Notes under the pieces: generated by a model
What the model saw: the letters and a program-made list of their open reading frames with translations, nothing else
The model's database searches: none
What the model was told of the DNA's origin: nothing
Source: Acutalibacteraceae bacterium
Lineage (GTDB): Bacteria; Bacillota; Clostridia; Oscillospirales; Acutalibacteraceae
Assembly: GCA_045604385.1 (NCBI GenBank)
Contig: JAZUNX010000051.1
Location: 1,501-65,500, forward strand
DNA length: 64,000 bases
Reading direction: 5' to 3'
Shown: in pieces, positions 1-9,194 of the stretch
Layout: each line of letters opens with the position of its first letter
Position numbering within the stretch: position 1 is the first letter of the stretch
Position numbers and translations under genes: made by a program

Positions 1-27
1 CTCATTTCTTACGGTTTTGCAGTTCAT
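1..27 (-). CDS. 5' end (9 codons, MNCKTVRNE...) of a gene continuing off the window. Possibly the partner M16-family peptidase.
   Basis: The ATG overlaps the upstream stop as TAATG. AAGGAGG lies about 7 nt upstream. M16 genes commonly occur in pairs. Too short to identify the product. Confidence 0.35.
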
Positions 28-1301
28 TACTCTTCCTCCTTTTCACTTTCTAAAATAAAGACGGTATCCTCCGTGACCATTGAGGCGGCTAAAATGATTT
101 CCTCACGGCTGACAGCGTTTATCTCTTCGATGAAGCTTTCAGGTGTTCTGAAAAGACCGTTTGTACTCTGTGAGGTCATCCAGTTGTCTGAACTTATAAT
201 GCTGTCTTCCACGGAAGAGAGGGTGTCGGTGATGCTCTTTTTCGCATTTTCTATTACTTCGTTGGTGAAGTTGCCCTTTCTTACCTCGTCAAGCTCGTTC
301 CTTATGGCATCAAGAGCTTTGAGGGCGTTTTCCGTTTCCACGCCGCTTTCGATGATGATGAGACCCTTATGGTTAATCAGTCTCGCACTGCAGTAGTAGC
401 AAAGGCTCATTTTTTCTCTTACGTTCATAAAGAGCTTTGAGAAGGTACCGCTGCCGAAAATGGCACACATAACCTTAATGGCGGCATAGTTGTCATAATC
501 ATAGGTCATACCTGCCCTCATACCGATAACGAGCTTACCTTGCTTTACCTTTTGCTTTTCGGTGACAGTTCTGCTTTCGTAAGCCTCGGTTAAAAATTCC
601 GTATGAAGCTCGGTTATTGCTTTTTTATCTCGGGCAAGAGAATCAAAAAGGGAGGTAAAGATCTTTTCCGTTCTTTTTTCATCGATGTTACCCGTAACGT
701 TAATCTGAACAGGGCAGGAGAAAAGAAGCTTCTTCCAGCAGTCCATAAGCTCTTTGCCTGTTATTTTCTCAATATCTTCGACTTTACCGTATTGACTTAT
801 TCCGTACATTTCGTCACGGCACATTTCCTCGGTCATTCTGTCGAGGGCATAGAGGCGTTTTTCGTCCTTTCTGCTTTCGATTTTTTCGATAAGAAGTCTC
901 TTTTCTCTTGCGATATTTTCTTCCTTGAAGCCTTCGGGGGTTATATCTGGCTTGAAAAGGCAGGTACAAAGAAGCTTCACTCCTTCTTCCCACACCTTGT
1001 CTTCGCCTAACGCAAACCTGTCATCAAGACACAGGAGAGACAAAGATAAGACCTGAACCTCGCCGATTTTGCTGACGGCAGGGGAGATGATTGCACCGTA
1101 AAGAGAGGCAAGACGGCGGTTCATACTCATAATGGTATCGTAGCTTTTATTTGTTCTTGCTAAAAGATTCACTAAAAGGGCATATTTTGCTGCATCCTCA
1201 CCAAGGGGAGTGAGAAGATTTAAGGTAACGACTGAATTTTTGAATTTGGCGGTTTTGTGGGTGCAAAGTCTCACACCGCCGCTTATTTCTTTTATGTTCA
1301 T
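27..1301 (-). CDS. M16 (insulinase/pitrilysin) family protein, probably the non-catalytic subunit
   Basis: 424 aa. Overall resemblance to YmxG/YfmF-like M16 proteins. I found no HxxEH zinc motif in the N-terminal region. Confidence 0.65.
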   Translation of the reverse strand: MNIKEISGGVRLCTHKTAKFKNSVVTLNLLTPLGEDAAKYALLVNLLARTNKSYDTIMSMNRRLASLYGAIISPAVSKIGEVQVLSLSLLCLDDRFALGEDKVWEEGVKLLCTCLFKPDITPEGFKEENIAREKRLLIEKIESRKDEKRLYALDRMTEEMCRDEMYGISQYGKVEDIEKITGKELMDCWKKLLFSCPVQINVTGNIDEKRTEKIFTSLFDSLARDKKAITELHTEFLTEAYESRTVTEKQKVKQGKLVIGMRAGMTYDYDNYAAIKVMCAIFGSGTFSKLFMNVREKMSLCYYCSARLINHKGLIIIESGVETENALKALDAIRNELDEVRKGNFTNEVIENAKKSITDTLSSVEDSIISSDNWMTSQSTNGLFRTPESFIEEINAVSREEIILAASMVTEDTVFILESEKEEE

Positions 1302-1743
1302 TTTCTGTCCTCCTGAAACACTGAAATAAATTATACTCTATTATTGTATCATAAAAGTATGCCTGTATGCAAATGTTACGGGGAAATATTTTTTCTTCTC
1401 AATGAAAAATTAAAAGCACTTGAATTGTATAATAAGTGACAGGGAAAGGAGGAAATGTTTAAATTGATTTAAAGGTATATTAAAGTTTTACCGATATACT
1501 TACTGTATGTTTTTATACGGGAAAGGACAGGATATTTCTTCGTCAAAATTACCATTATATTTTCTCAAAGCGCTTTAAACCGATGAAATAAAAAAGGCTT
1601 AATTGTATTTATGGTGATTTTCAACAATGTCTAATTTTACAAAAAAGCACTGTAAATAATCAAAAATAATGCCGAAAATGTCAAATTTACCCCCTATATT
1701 TTTTAATAAATAAAAAATTATCTAAAAAAATTGCGGTTTTATA

Positions 1744-1772
1744 TTGCAAAATGCCGATAAATTGTGTAAAAT
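1744..1772 (+). promoter_or_regulatory. sigma-A type promoter for the PucR-like gene
   Basis: TTGCAA, 17 nt spacer, TAAAAT, with TGt (extended -10) immediately upstream. About 65 nt before the ATG at 1837. Confidence 0.45.
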
Positions 1773-1836
1773 GGTTAAAGTGACAATAGTCAAAATATCC
1801 AATTAACACAATTTTTAAGTTGGGGGGACATTAAAA

Positions 1837-2922
1837 ATGTCTAACAGATTATTCCAGGGTATTATTCATCAAATGAAGGATGCTATCGATCGCACCATCG
1901 GTGTTATTGATAACAGCGGTACGGTTGTATGCTGCAGCGATCTCGGTCGTATAGGTGAAACAGGCTTTGTAGATGCAAAGGAGGTTTTCTCTTCCACAGA
2001 CATCAAGGTTATCGGCGGGAAGACATTCCTCGTTATCTCTTCTCAAACTCATCCCGACAGCGCCATTTTCGTTGACGGTAATGACGAGGCTGCCGCAAAC
2101 TATGTAAAGCTTATCGCTATTTCTCTTGGCGGTATCAAGCAGTATTACGATGTAAAATTCGACCGCAGTAACTTCATCAAAAACGTTATTCTTGACAATA
2201 TCCTTCAGGGTGATATTTATCTTAAAACCCGTGAACTCGGCTTCAACAACGAGGTTTCCCGCTGTGTCCTTCTTATAAGAACAGCCGAAAGAACCGACGT
2301 TTCCGTAAGCGAGTCCATCCAGAATCTTTTCCCCGATAAAAATAAAGACTTCGTTATCAATATCAACGAAACCGACATCGCTCTTGTTAAAGAGGTGCGT
2401 GCAGGCAACGAAATCAAAGATCTTGAGAAGCTTGCCAGAAGCATCGTCGACTCCTTACATACCGAATATTACATCAATGCCATCATCGGTATCGGTACCA
2501 TAGTAACAGGTATCAAAGAGCTTCCCCGCTCCTTCAAGGAGTCACAGATTGCTCTTGAGGTAGGCAAAGTATTTGATACGGAAAAAACTATCGTCACTTA
2601 TGAAAATCTCGGTATAGCAAGACTTATTTATCAGCTTCCCACCACTCTCTGCGAAATGTTCCTTAAGGAAATTTTCAAAAAGGGCTCCATTGTGGGACTT
2701 GACCACGAAACTCTTTTCACTATTCAGAAGTTCTTCGAAAACAACCTCAACGTTTCCGAGACCTCAAGAAAGCTTTTCGTGCACAGAAATACCCTTGTTT
2801 ACCGACTTGAAAAGATTAAAAAGCTCACAGGTCTCGACCTGAGAGAGTTTGACGATGCAATCGTATTCAAAGTTGCACTCATGGTTAAAAAATATCTTGA
2901 TGCCAAACCCATCAAGTATTAA
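1837..2922 (+). CDS. PucR/CdaR-family transcriptional regulator
   Basis: 361 aa. C-terminal HTH segment LNVSETSRKLFVHRNTLVYRLEKIKKLTGLD is typical of PucR C-terminal domains. GGGGG RBS before the ATG. Confidence 0.7.
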   Translation: MSNRLFQGIIHQMKDAIDRTIGVIDNSGTVVCCSDLGRIGETGFVDAKEVFSSTDIKVIGGKTFLVISSQTHPDSAIFVDGNDEAAANYVKLIAISLGGIKQYYDVKFDRSNFIKNVILDNILQGDIYLKTRELGFNNEVSRCVLLIRTAERTDVSVSESIQNLFPDKNKDFVININETDIALVKEVRAGNEIKDLEKLARSIVDSLHTEYYINAIIGIGTIVTGIKELPRSFKESQIALEVGKVFDTEKTIVTYENLGIARLIYQLPTTLCEMFLKEIFKKGSIVGLDHETLFTIQKFFENNLNVSETSRKLFVHRNTLVYRLEKIKKLTGLDLREFDDAIVFKVALMVKKYLDAKPIKY

Positions 2923-3089
2923 TAAAAAGTTGCCTTTCAAGTGTTTCTGAAACACAGTGAAGCGCAGTATCTGTAAGTAAGAAGCCGTCATTATTTTGAA
3001 AATACTGACGGCTATATATTAGATTTATGATTTGATGAAAATACAGCGTTCTGTATTCAAATCTGTTCAGATGAAGAAAGAGACGGAAT

Positions 3090-3869
3090 ATGATAGAATT
3101 TAAAAATGTTTCAATGAAATACAAAACCAACGGCGCCGTTGCCCTTGACAATGTCAGCGTTAAAATTGATGACGGCGAATTTGTTTTCATCGTTGGTGCT
3201 TCAGGTGCAGGTAAAAGCTCCTTCCTTAATGTTATTATGGGACAGGAAAAGGTTGACTCGGGTATCGTAAGAGTCGGCCCCTATAACCTTGCCTCTATAA
3301 GAAGAAGAGCTCTTCCTTATTTAAGACGTATGCTCGGTATCGTTTTCCAGGATTTCAGACTTATCCCGAAAATGACCGTTTATGATAATGTTGCCTTTGC
3401 CCTTCGTGTTATCGGTATGGGTGACAAAAAGATTACAAAGAGAGTACGCTACGTACTTAAGCTTGTTGATCTTTCGGACAAGGCTAACAATTTCCCTCAT
3501 CAGCTTTCACAGGGTGAGCGTCAGCGTGTGGCAATTGCCAGAGCTTTAGTTAATAATCCCGCCGTTATCATCGCTGACGAGCCTACGGGTAATCTTGACC
3601 CCATTCTCTCAAACGATATTATGAGCCTTTTTGATAAAATTAACGCCCTTGGTGCGACTGTTGTGGTTGTTACTCACGACCTTGAGCTTGTTCATCAGTT
3701 TGACCACCGCATCGTTACCATCGAAAACGGCAGAGTAGTGTCCGATATTCCCTCCAAATATAAGCAGTCAGAGGATATATCCTTGAGATTTACGGCTGAA
3801 AAAACCGATGAAGAGCCGGCTGAAAGCTCCGATGAATCCGAAGAAATGGAGGAACAGGAAAATGGCTAA
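3090..3869 (+). CDS. ftsE: Cell-division ABC ATPase FtsE
   Basis: Walker A GASGAGKSS, signature LSQGERQRVAIARAL, Walker B IIADEPTGNLD. Immediately followed by ftsX. Confidence 0.9.
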   Translation: MIEFKNVSMKYKTNGAVALDNVSVKIDDGEFVFIVGASGAGKSSFLNVIMGQEKVDSGIVRVGPYNLASIRRRALPYLRRMLGIVFQDFRLIPKMTVYDNVAFALRVIGMGDKKITKRVRYVLKLVDLSDKANNFPHQLSQGERQRVAIARALVNNPAVIIADEPTGNLDPILSNDIMSLFDKINALGATVVVVTHDLELVHQFDHRIVTIENGRVVSDIPSKYKQSEDISLRFTAEKTDEEPAESSDESEEMEEQENG

Positions 3870-4803
3870 AAAAAGAAAGCACCGTTCAGGCGGTCTCAAT
3901 ACCAATTATCTTACCAAAATGGGTGCCCATAACATTATTGCAAACCGCAGCATGTCCTTTTCATCCATAAGCGTTCTTACGGCTTGCCTTCTTCTTATCG
4001 GCGTTTCCGTTATGATTCTTGTCAATATTCAGAATCTTGTCAAGGACGTTGAAAATCAGAATGTTGTTGTTGCCTTCGTAAAAGAGGGCATAAGTGACGA
4101 AGAGGTCGCCAAGGTAGGTGCAGACCTTTCTGCAATTCCCGATGTAACTGCCGTTGAGTTTGTTTCAAAGGAAGCAGGTTACGAGGAACAGCTTCGTGAA
4201 TTCGGTGTGGACGAAAACCTTTTTGACGATGTAATCGAAAATCCTCTTCCTCATTCCTACCGTGTATCCGTAAGTAACCTTGAACAGTTTCAGGTAACTC
4301 TGAACAGTATAAAATCCGTTGCAAATGTTGATGCGGTAAGAGAAAGTCAGGAGCTTGTAAGTCAGATTTCCACTCTGCAGAATTCCATTACGGCGATTTG
4401 CATAATCATTGTTGCTGTTCTTGCCGTGGTTTCCATGTTTATCATTTCCAACACCATCCGTATCACAATGGTATCAAGAAAGATTGATATTCAGGTTATG
4501 AAATCCGTTGGTGCCACCAATACCTTTATATGCTGGCCCTTTATGATTGAGGGTGTTATTATCGGTGTTATTTCCGGTATCCTTGCGGTAATTCTCACTT
4601 TCCTTGTTGAAAAGATTGAAGGCGGCGCTATGCAGTCTCTTCTTGAAATGTTCGGCAGTGAATCTATCTCTCTTACGAGTTATCTGCCTCTTCTTATCCT
4701 TTGCTACCTTTTCTCCGGTGTATTTATCGGTGCTTTCGGCAGTATTGTCTCCATCAGTAAATACCTTAAAAAGGAAGGCAGCGAAGCAAACGAAATGCTT
4801 TAA
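3862..4803 (+). CDS. ftsX: Cell-division permease-like protein FtsX
   Basis: The ATG at 3862 (MAKKRKHRSGG...) overlaps the ftsE stop by 8 nt. Four predicted TM segments with a large extracellular loop. The ORF-track start at 3808 lies inside ftsE and is less likely. Confidence 0.85.
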   Translation: MAKKRKHRSGGLNTNYLTKMGAHNIIANRSMSFSSISVLTACLLLIGVSVMILVNIQNLVKDVENQNVVVAFVKEGISDEEVAKVGADLSAIPDVTAVEFVSKEAGYEEQLREFGVDENLFDDVIENPLPHSYRVSVSNLEQFQVTLNSIKSVANVDAVRESQELVSQISTLQNSITAICIIIVAVLAVVSMFIISNTIRITMVSRKIDIQVMKSVGATNTFICWPFMIEGVIIGVISGILAVILTFLVEKIEGGAMQSLLEMFGSESISLTSYLPLLILCYLFSGVFIGAFGSIVSISKYLKKEGSEANEML

Positions 4804-4811
4804 ATTTTTCC

Positions 4812-4844
4812 GAATAAACCGAAAGATTATCTCTCGGTTTATTC
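4812..4844 (+). terminator. Hairpin after ftsX (weak or partial terminator)
   Basis: GAATAAACCGA ... TCGGTTTATTC, an 11-bp stem followed by TGTTT. The U-tract is poor. Confidence 0.35.
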
Positions 4845-4849
4845 TGTTT

Positions 4850-5126
4850 AAGGTGACAGTAATCGAAGCAAAAAAGGTTTAACGGGGCATATTTTCATAT
4901 TGACTGCGTTAAAAATCCTTGAAAGGCGCCAGCCTTCCTGCGATTTTTGCATTGCCAAAATAAAAATCTTCTCCCATTAAACTTCGAAGAATCTTAAAAG
5001 CCCGAGTTATAGTGTATTTGAGGATTTCTTCGACGAAACAATACTCGCGTCTTGCGAGGAGAAAAATCATCAGAGGTGCTGTAAATCGGACATTTAAGGC
5101 TTATTTGATTCGGTTACTGTCACCTT
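4850..5126 (+). repeat. Copy 1 of the ~270-nt structured intergenic repeat (between ftsX and the first M23 gene)
   Basis: Alignable by eye over its whole length with 28253-28520 and with the reverse complement of 14404-14680. Terminal inverted arms AAGGTGACAGTAATCGAA... / ...TTCGGTTACTGTCACCTT. Confidence 0.8.
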
Positions 5127-5140
5127 GTAGGAGTATAACT

Positions 5141-6484
5141 ATGAGCAAAAAACTTATATCCTCAATATGCCTGTTGCTTGTTTTTGTCTTTGTCTTTACT
5201 CTTAACACATCGGCGGCTACCCAGGCCGAGCTTGAGGCGCAGATTGCCCAGAATAATGCCCAGATTCAGGCTAATCAGGAAAAGCTTGATGAACTCAAAG
5301 AGCAAAAGGCAAATCAACAGCAGTATCTTGAGGCTCTTGAAGAGCAGATTAAGGCAGTTGAAGGCAAAGCCACAAATCTGCAAACCCAGGTTGAATCCAT
5401 CGACACACAGCTTGATAAGCTTGACGGTGAACTCACACAGCTCGGTAACGAGACAAAGGCCATCAACGCAGATATAAAGAAGACAGAAAAAAACATAAAA
5501 GAAACCCAGACAAATATAACACAGAAAAGCGACACTCTTTCTGCCAAGCTCCGTTCAGTTTATATGAACGGAAATCAGTCAGCTTTAAAAATCCTCATGG
5601 GTTCGAAGAGCCTTGCGTCCTTCCTTACCCGTCTTGAAATGATGAAGCGCACATCAGAACAGGATAAAAAGGTTATTCTCGACTTCAAGGAGCAGGTAAC
5701 GGAGCTAAAAAAAGACAAAAAGAAGCTCGAAAAGGATCGTGCAGACCTTGCTGAAAAAGAGGCTGAAATCAGCGTAAAAAAAGACGAGCAGGAAGAAAAG
5801 AAGGCCAGTCTTGTCGAAAAGCAGAAAGAATATGACAGCACCATGTCCAGCCTTGAAAGTCAGTACGGTGAGGTAGAAAAGGTTATGGCAGGTATTGACA
5901 AGTCAAGCTCGGATTATAAAAATTATATCAATAAGCTTGAAGCGGAAAATGCTGCTGCCGATGCTGAAATTGACCGTATTTTAAAGGAATATTACGCCAC
6001 GCAGAATCAGCAGAGTACCACCAGACTTCCCGCCTCAAATGCCGCTCCCGGTGAATCTTATCAGGGCTCGGGAAGCTGGTATTGGCCCATCGGTAACACC
6101 TGGTGCTATATTAGCAGCGGATTCGGTTACCGTGATGCTAGCATATCAGGCTGGGGATTTCACGGAGGTATAGACCTTGCAGGCGGTAACGGTAAGCTTC
6201 ACGGCGCACCTGTCTATGCCACAAGAGCAGGCTCCGTCATTGCAGCCGTCACAAGTAATTCAGGCTACGGAATTTATGTGCTTATCGACCACGGTGACGG
6301 TTATTCAAGCCTTTATGCCCATATGTCTGCAAGATATGTAAACGTAGGTGACTATGTAACACAGGGGCAGATGATAGGCAGAGTAGGTAATACGGGCAAC
6401 TCAAGAGGCGCCCATCTTCATTTTGAAATCCGCTACTACGGCGAAAAGAAAAATCCTCTCAATTACGTTAAAAACCCCAACTGA
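5141..6484 (+). CDS. Secreted coiled-coil M23 (LytM-type) peptidoglycan endopeptidase, FtsEX-associated type
   Basis: ATG at 5141 with GTAGGAG RBS. Signal peptide MSKKLISSICLLLVFVFVFTLNTSAA. Long heptad-rich region. Intact FHGGIDLAG (HxxxD) and HLHFEI (HxH) motifs. The ORF-track start at 5012 reads through the repeat element. Confidence 0.85.
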   Translation: MSKKLISSICLLLVFVFVFTLNTSAATQAELEAQIAQNNAQIQANQEKLDELKEQKANQQQYLEALEEQIKAVEGKATNLQTQVESIDTQLDKLDGELTQLGNETKAINADIKKTEKNIKETQTNITQKSDTLSAKLRSVYMNGNQSALKILMGSKSLASFLTRLEMMKRTSEQDKKVILDFKEQVTELKKDKKKLEKDRADLAEKEAEISVKKDEQEEKKASLVEKQKEYDSTMSSLESQYGEVEKVMAGIDKSSSDYKNYINKLEAENAAADAEIDRILKEYYATQNQQSTTRLPASNAAPGESYQGSGSWYWPIGNTWCYISSGFGYRDASISGWGFHGGIDLAGGNGKLHGAPVYATRAGSVIAAVTSNSGYGIYVLIDHGDGYSSLYAHMSARYVNVGDYVTQGQMIGRVGNTGNSRGAHLHFEIRYYGEKKNPLNYVKNPN

Positions 6485-6518
6485 TAAACCTGTTTAAAAT
6501 CATAGGAGTGAATAAGCT

Positions 6519-7895
6519 TTGAATAAAAAGTTTTTATGTATTGTTCTCGCTCTTTTTCTGGCGGTAACTCCGCTGATGTTCTTCGATGCTTCTGCTCTCC
6601 CGCAGGAAAAGGAAGAGCTCGAAAACAGAATTGACGAAATCGATGCGCAGATTGCCGCAAACAAGCAAAAGCTTGAATCCCTTAAGGATAAAAAAGATAA
6701 GCAGATGGAATATCTGGATACTCTCGAAAATCAGATTGAAACCGTGGAAAGCAAGGTTTCAAATCTTCAGACACAGATTGAATCCATCGACAGTCAGGTA
6801 AAAAAGCTCAATACAGAGCTTAAACAGCTTGATAATGAAATTACCGAAATTAACGGTAATATCACAAAGGCTGAAAAGGATATTGTTACCATGCAGAACA
6901 ATATCACTTCCACAAGCGACCAGCTCGCGGCAAAGCTCCGTTCCTCCTATATGAACGGTAATGAGTCAGCACTCAAAATTCTTATGGGCTCTGATAGTCT
7001 TGCCTCCTTCCTTACCCGTCTTGAGATGATGAAAAGAAGCTCGGAAAAGGATAAGGCGCTTATTTTAGGCTTCCGCGATAAGGTAACAAAGCTTAATAAA
7101 ACCAAAGAAAAGCTTGAAAAAGATAAGGTAGACGTAAGCGCAAAAATTACCGAAGCCAACGAAAAGAAGGCTCTTTCTCTCGAAAAGAAAGCGGAGCTTG
7201 AAAAAAAGCAGAAGGCACACGATGCCACCATGTCCGACCTTGAAAGCAAATATTCGGAAGTGGAAACCATCATATCGGGTCTTGATAAATCAAGTGCCGA
7301 ATATAAAAAGTACAATAGTCAGCTTCAGCTTGAAAAGGCAGAGGCAGATGCTGAAATTGACCGTATTTTAAGTGAATACTATGCGACCCAGACCACTTTG
7401 CCCGTGAATAATAATGAGCCTACATCTTCTTCACAGTCAAGCGGCAGTAATACCACCACAAAGCCGGCAGGCCCTTCCTACACTGCAAAGGGTGACTGGA
7501 TATGGCCTTTGGGTAATGCTTCCTGTTATATAAGCAGTCCCTTTGGTTACAGAAGTGCCTCAATCAGCGGCAATTCCTTCCACGGCGGTACGGATATTGC
7601 CGGCGGAGGAATCAGCGGTAAGCCTGTTTACGCTTCAAGGGCAGGTAAGGTAATCACAGCCGTGACCAGTAACCGTGGCTACGGTATCTATGTTCTTGTT
7701 GACCACGGAGACGGCTATTCCACTCTTTATGCCCATATGTCGGCACGTTATGTTTCCACAGGTGACAATGTTTCAAAGGGTCAGATGATAGGCAGAGTTG
7801 GAAGCACCGGTAACTCCACGGGTCCCCATCTTCACTTTGAGGTAAGATATTACGGGGAAAAGAAAAACCCGATGAACTTCGTTAAAAAACCGTAA
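6519..7895 (+). CDS. Second coiled-coil M23 peptidase (tandem paralog)
   Basis: TTG start, AGGAG 10 nt upstream. Signal peptide, coiled coil, FHGGTDIAG and HLHFEV motifs. Collinear similarity to 5141-6484. Confidence 0.85.
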   Translation: MNKKFLCIVLALFLAVTPLMFFDASALPQEKEELENRIDEIDAQIAANKQKLESLKDKKDKQMEYLDTLENQIETVESKVSNLQTQIESIDSQVKKLNTELKQLDNEITEINGNITKAEKDIVTMQNNITSTSDQLAAKLRSSYMNGNESALKILMGSDSLASFLTRLEMMKRSSEKDKALILGFRDKVTKLNKTKEKLEKDKVDVSAKITEANEKKALSLEKKAELEKKQKAHDATMSDLESKYSEVETIISGLDKSSAEYKKYNSQLQLEKAEADAEIDRILSEYYATQTTLPVNNNEPTSSSQSSGSNTTTKPAGPSYTAKGDWIWPLGNASCYISSPFGYRSASISGNSFHGGTDIAGGGISGKPVYASRAGKVITAVTSNRGYGIYVLVDHGDGYSTLYAHMSARYVSTGDNVSKGQMIGRVGSTGNSTGPHLHFEVRYYGEKKNPMNFVKKP

Positions 7896-7968
7896 GAATG
7901 ACTAAAATACGAGGGATAGTTTTCTATCCCTCTGCTTGTGTTTTATATAGTATTAAAGGAGAGAGTTT

Positions 7969-9156
7969 ATGAACAAAAAAATATCTTTAGGAGCCGCAGT
8001 TTCTCTTTTTATTCTTGTTGCCGCACTCGCCTCGGCAATTACTTTAGGTGTGGTAGGGAATGAATATAATTCCATTCTCAAAGGTCTTCCGGAAAAGATA
8101 GAGAGATATGAGGTTCTCGACGAGCTTGATGATGTCATCAATAATAACTATTACGGTAAAAGCGAAGGCGCTGACCTTGAGCAGGCTATTGCACAGGGCT
8201 ATGTTGAGGGCTTGGGTGACAAAAACTCTCTTTACATGACCGCTGACAGATATAAGGAATATCTGTCAGAGGTCAACGGAGATATGTTCGGCATCGGTGC
8301 CGAATATACAAAAACAAAAAACGGATATATTGAAATCACGAAGGTTTATGATGGCTCACCTGCCGAAAACAGCGGACTTAAATCAGGTGATATTATTGTT
8401 GCCTTTGACGGAATAAGAATAGATGTAAATAACTACGATGAAATGGAGGCAAAGCTTGAAGGTGACAAGCTTACAAGTGTTAATATAATTTATAACCGTG
8501 ACGGAACCGAAACTAACGTAACGGTGGTTAAAGGCTATGAGGCACAGTCTGTTTTCACGGGTGCTTACGATAATGTAGGTTATATTGAAATTACTGATTT
8601 TTATCCCTCAACTGCCGAACAGACACAGCAGGCAATTGATAGATTCCTTTCATCGGAAATTTCCGCTGTAGTAGTTGATTTGAGAAAAAATACCAGCGGT
8701 AACTATGAGCAGGCTATGAAGACTCTTGATGTTTTCGTTCCCATGACCGATTCCGAAAGAGCAGCCGCCACAGTTTTAGACGAAAACGGCAGTATCGTAA
8801 AAACCTTTTCCACCACATCGGGTGAGGTAAGCCTTCCTGTGGCAGTTCTTGTAAGCGGTGAAACACAGAAGGCGGCAGAGCTTTTTGCCTGCAATATAAG
8901 AGACTTCAATAAGGGTATGATTTTCGGTACGGGCAACACAAAAGGTTCAGCCATGATGCAGGAGATTTTTGAGCTTTCAAAGGGTAGTGCCGTTCTTCTT
9001 ACCACAGGTATTATAACACCTTATAAGAGTGAAAACTTCAACGGTACAGGTCTTACTCCCGATTATGTAACAGAGGATTCATCACGCAGTGATGTGATTG
9101 AAGAGGACGCACAGTTCCTTTATGCCGTTTCCGTTCTTAAGGGTGAACAGGCATAG
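7969..9156 (+). CDS. S41 family C-terminal processing peptidase homolog with PDZ domain (active site apparently non-canonical)
   Basis: N-terminal TM anchor. PDZ segment GSPAENSGLKSGDIIVAFDG. S41 core alignable, but VLVSGETQKAAELF replaces the usual ..GSASASE.. motif. Confidence 0.75.
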   Translation: MNKKISLGAAVSLFILVAALASAITLGVVGNEYNSILKGLPEKIERYEVLDELDDVINNNYYGKSEGADLEQAIAQGYVEGLGDKNSLYMTADRYKEYLSEVNGDMFGIGAEYTKTKNGYIEITKVYDGSPAENSGLKSGDIIVAFDGIRIDVNNYDEMEAKLEGDKLTSVNIIYNRDGTETNVTVVKGYEAQSVFTGAYDNVGYIEITDFYPSTAEQTQQAIDRFLSSEISAVVVDLRKNTSGNYEQAMKTLDVFVPMTDSERAAATVLDENGSIVKTFSTTSGEVSLPVAVLVSGETQKAAELFACNIRDFNKGMIFGTGNTKGSAMMQEIFELSKGSAVLLTTGIITPYKSENFNGTGLTPDYVTEDSSRSDVIEEDAQFLYAVSVLKGEQA

Positions 9157-9194
9157 TTTTATCATAACAAAATCAGTGAAAGGAAGGGTTAGCC

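Noticed and set aside
1455-1472. Five-codon mini-ORF (MFKLI*) with a strong AAAGGAGG SD in the 535-bp AT-rich divergent region, as a possible leader peptide.
   Set aside because: I found no convincing promoter at proper spacing, no downstream attenuator structure and no adjacent regulated gene (the next ATG is 365 nt away). A chance occurrence in AT-rich DNA cannot be excluded.
3808-3861. The upstream start for ftsX given by the ORF track.
   Set aside because: It lies within the ftsE coding sequence. The ATG at 3862 gives the usual short ftsE/ftsX overlap and a typical basic FtsX N-terminus.
5012-5140. N-terminal extension of the first M23 peptidase ORF in the six-frame track (start at 5012).
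   Set aside because: The extension lies entirely inside repeat copy 1, begins with GTG and has no SD. The ATG at 5141 has a GTAGGAG SD and is followed at once by a signal peptide.
5162-7315. Several 70-120-aa ORFs on both strands inside the two M23 genes (for example 5575-5844 and 6947-7315).
   Set aside because: They are low-complexity Ser/Phe/Leu-rich frames generated by the repetitive AAG/GAA-rich coiled-coil coding sequence. All are nested in stronger genes.
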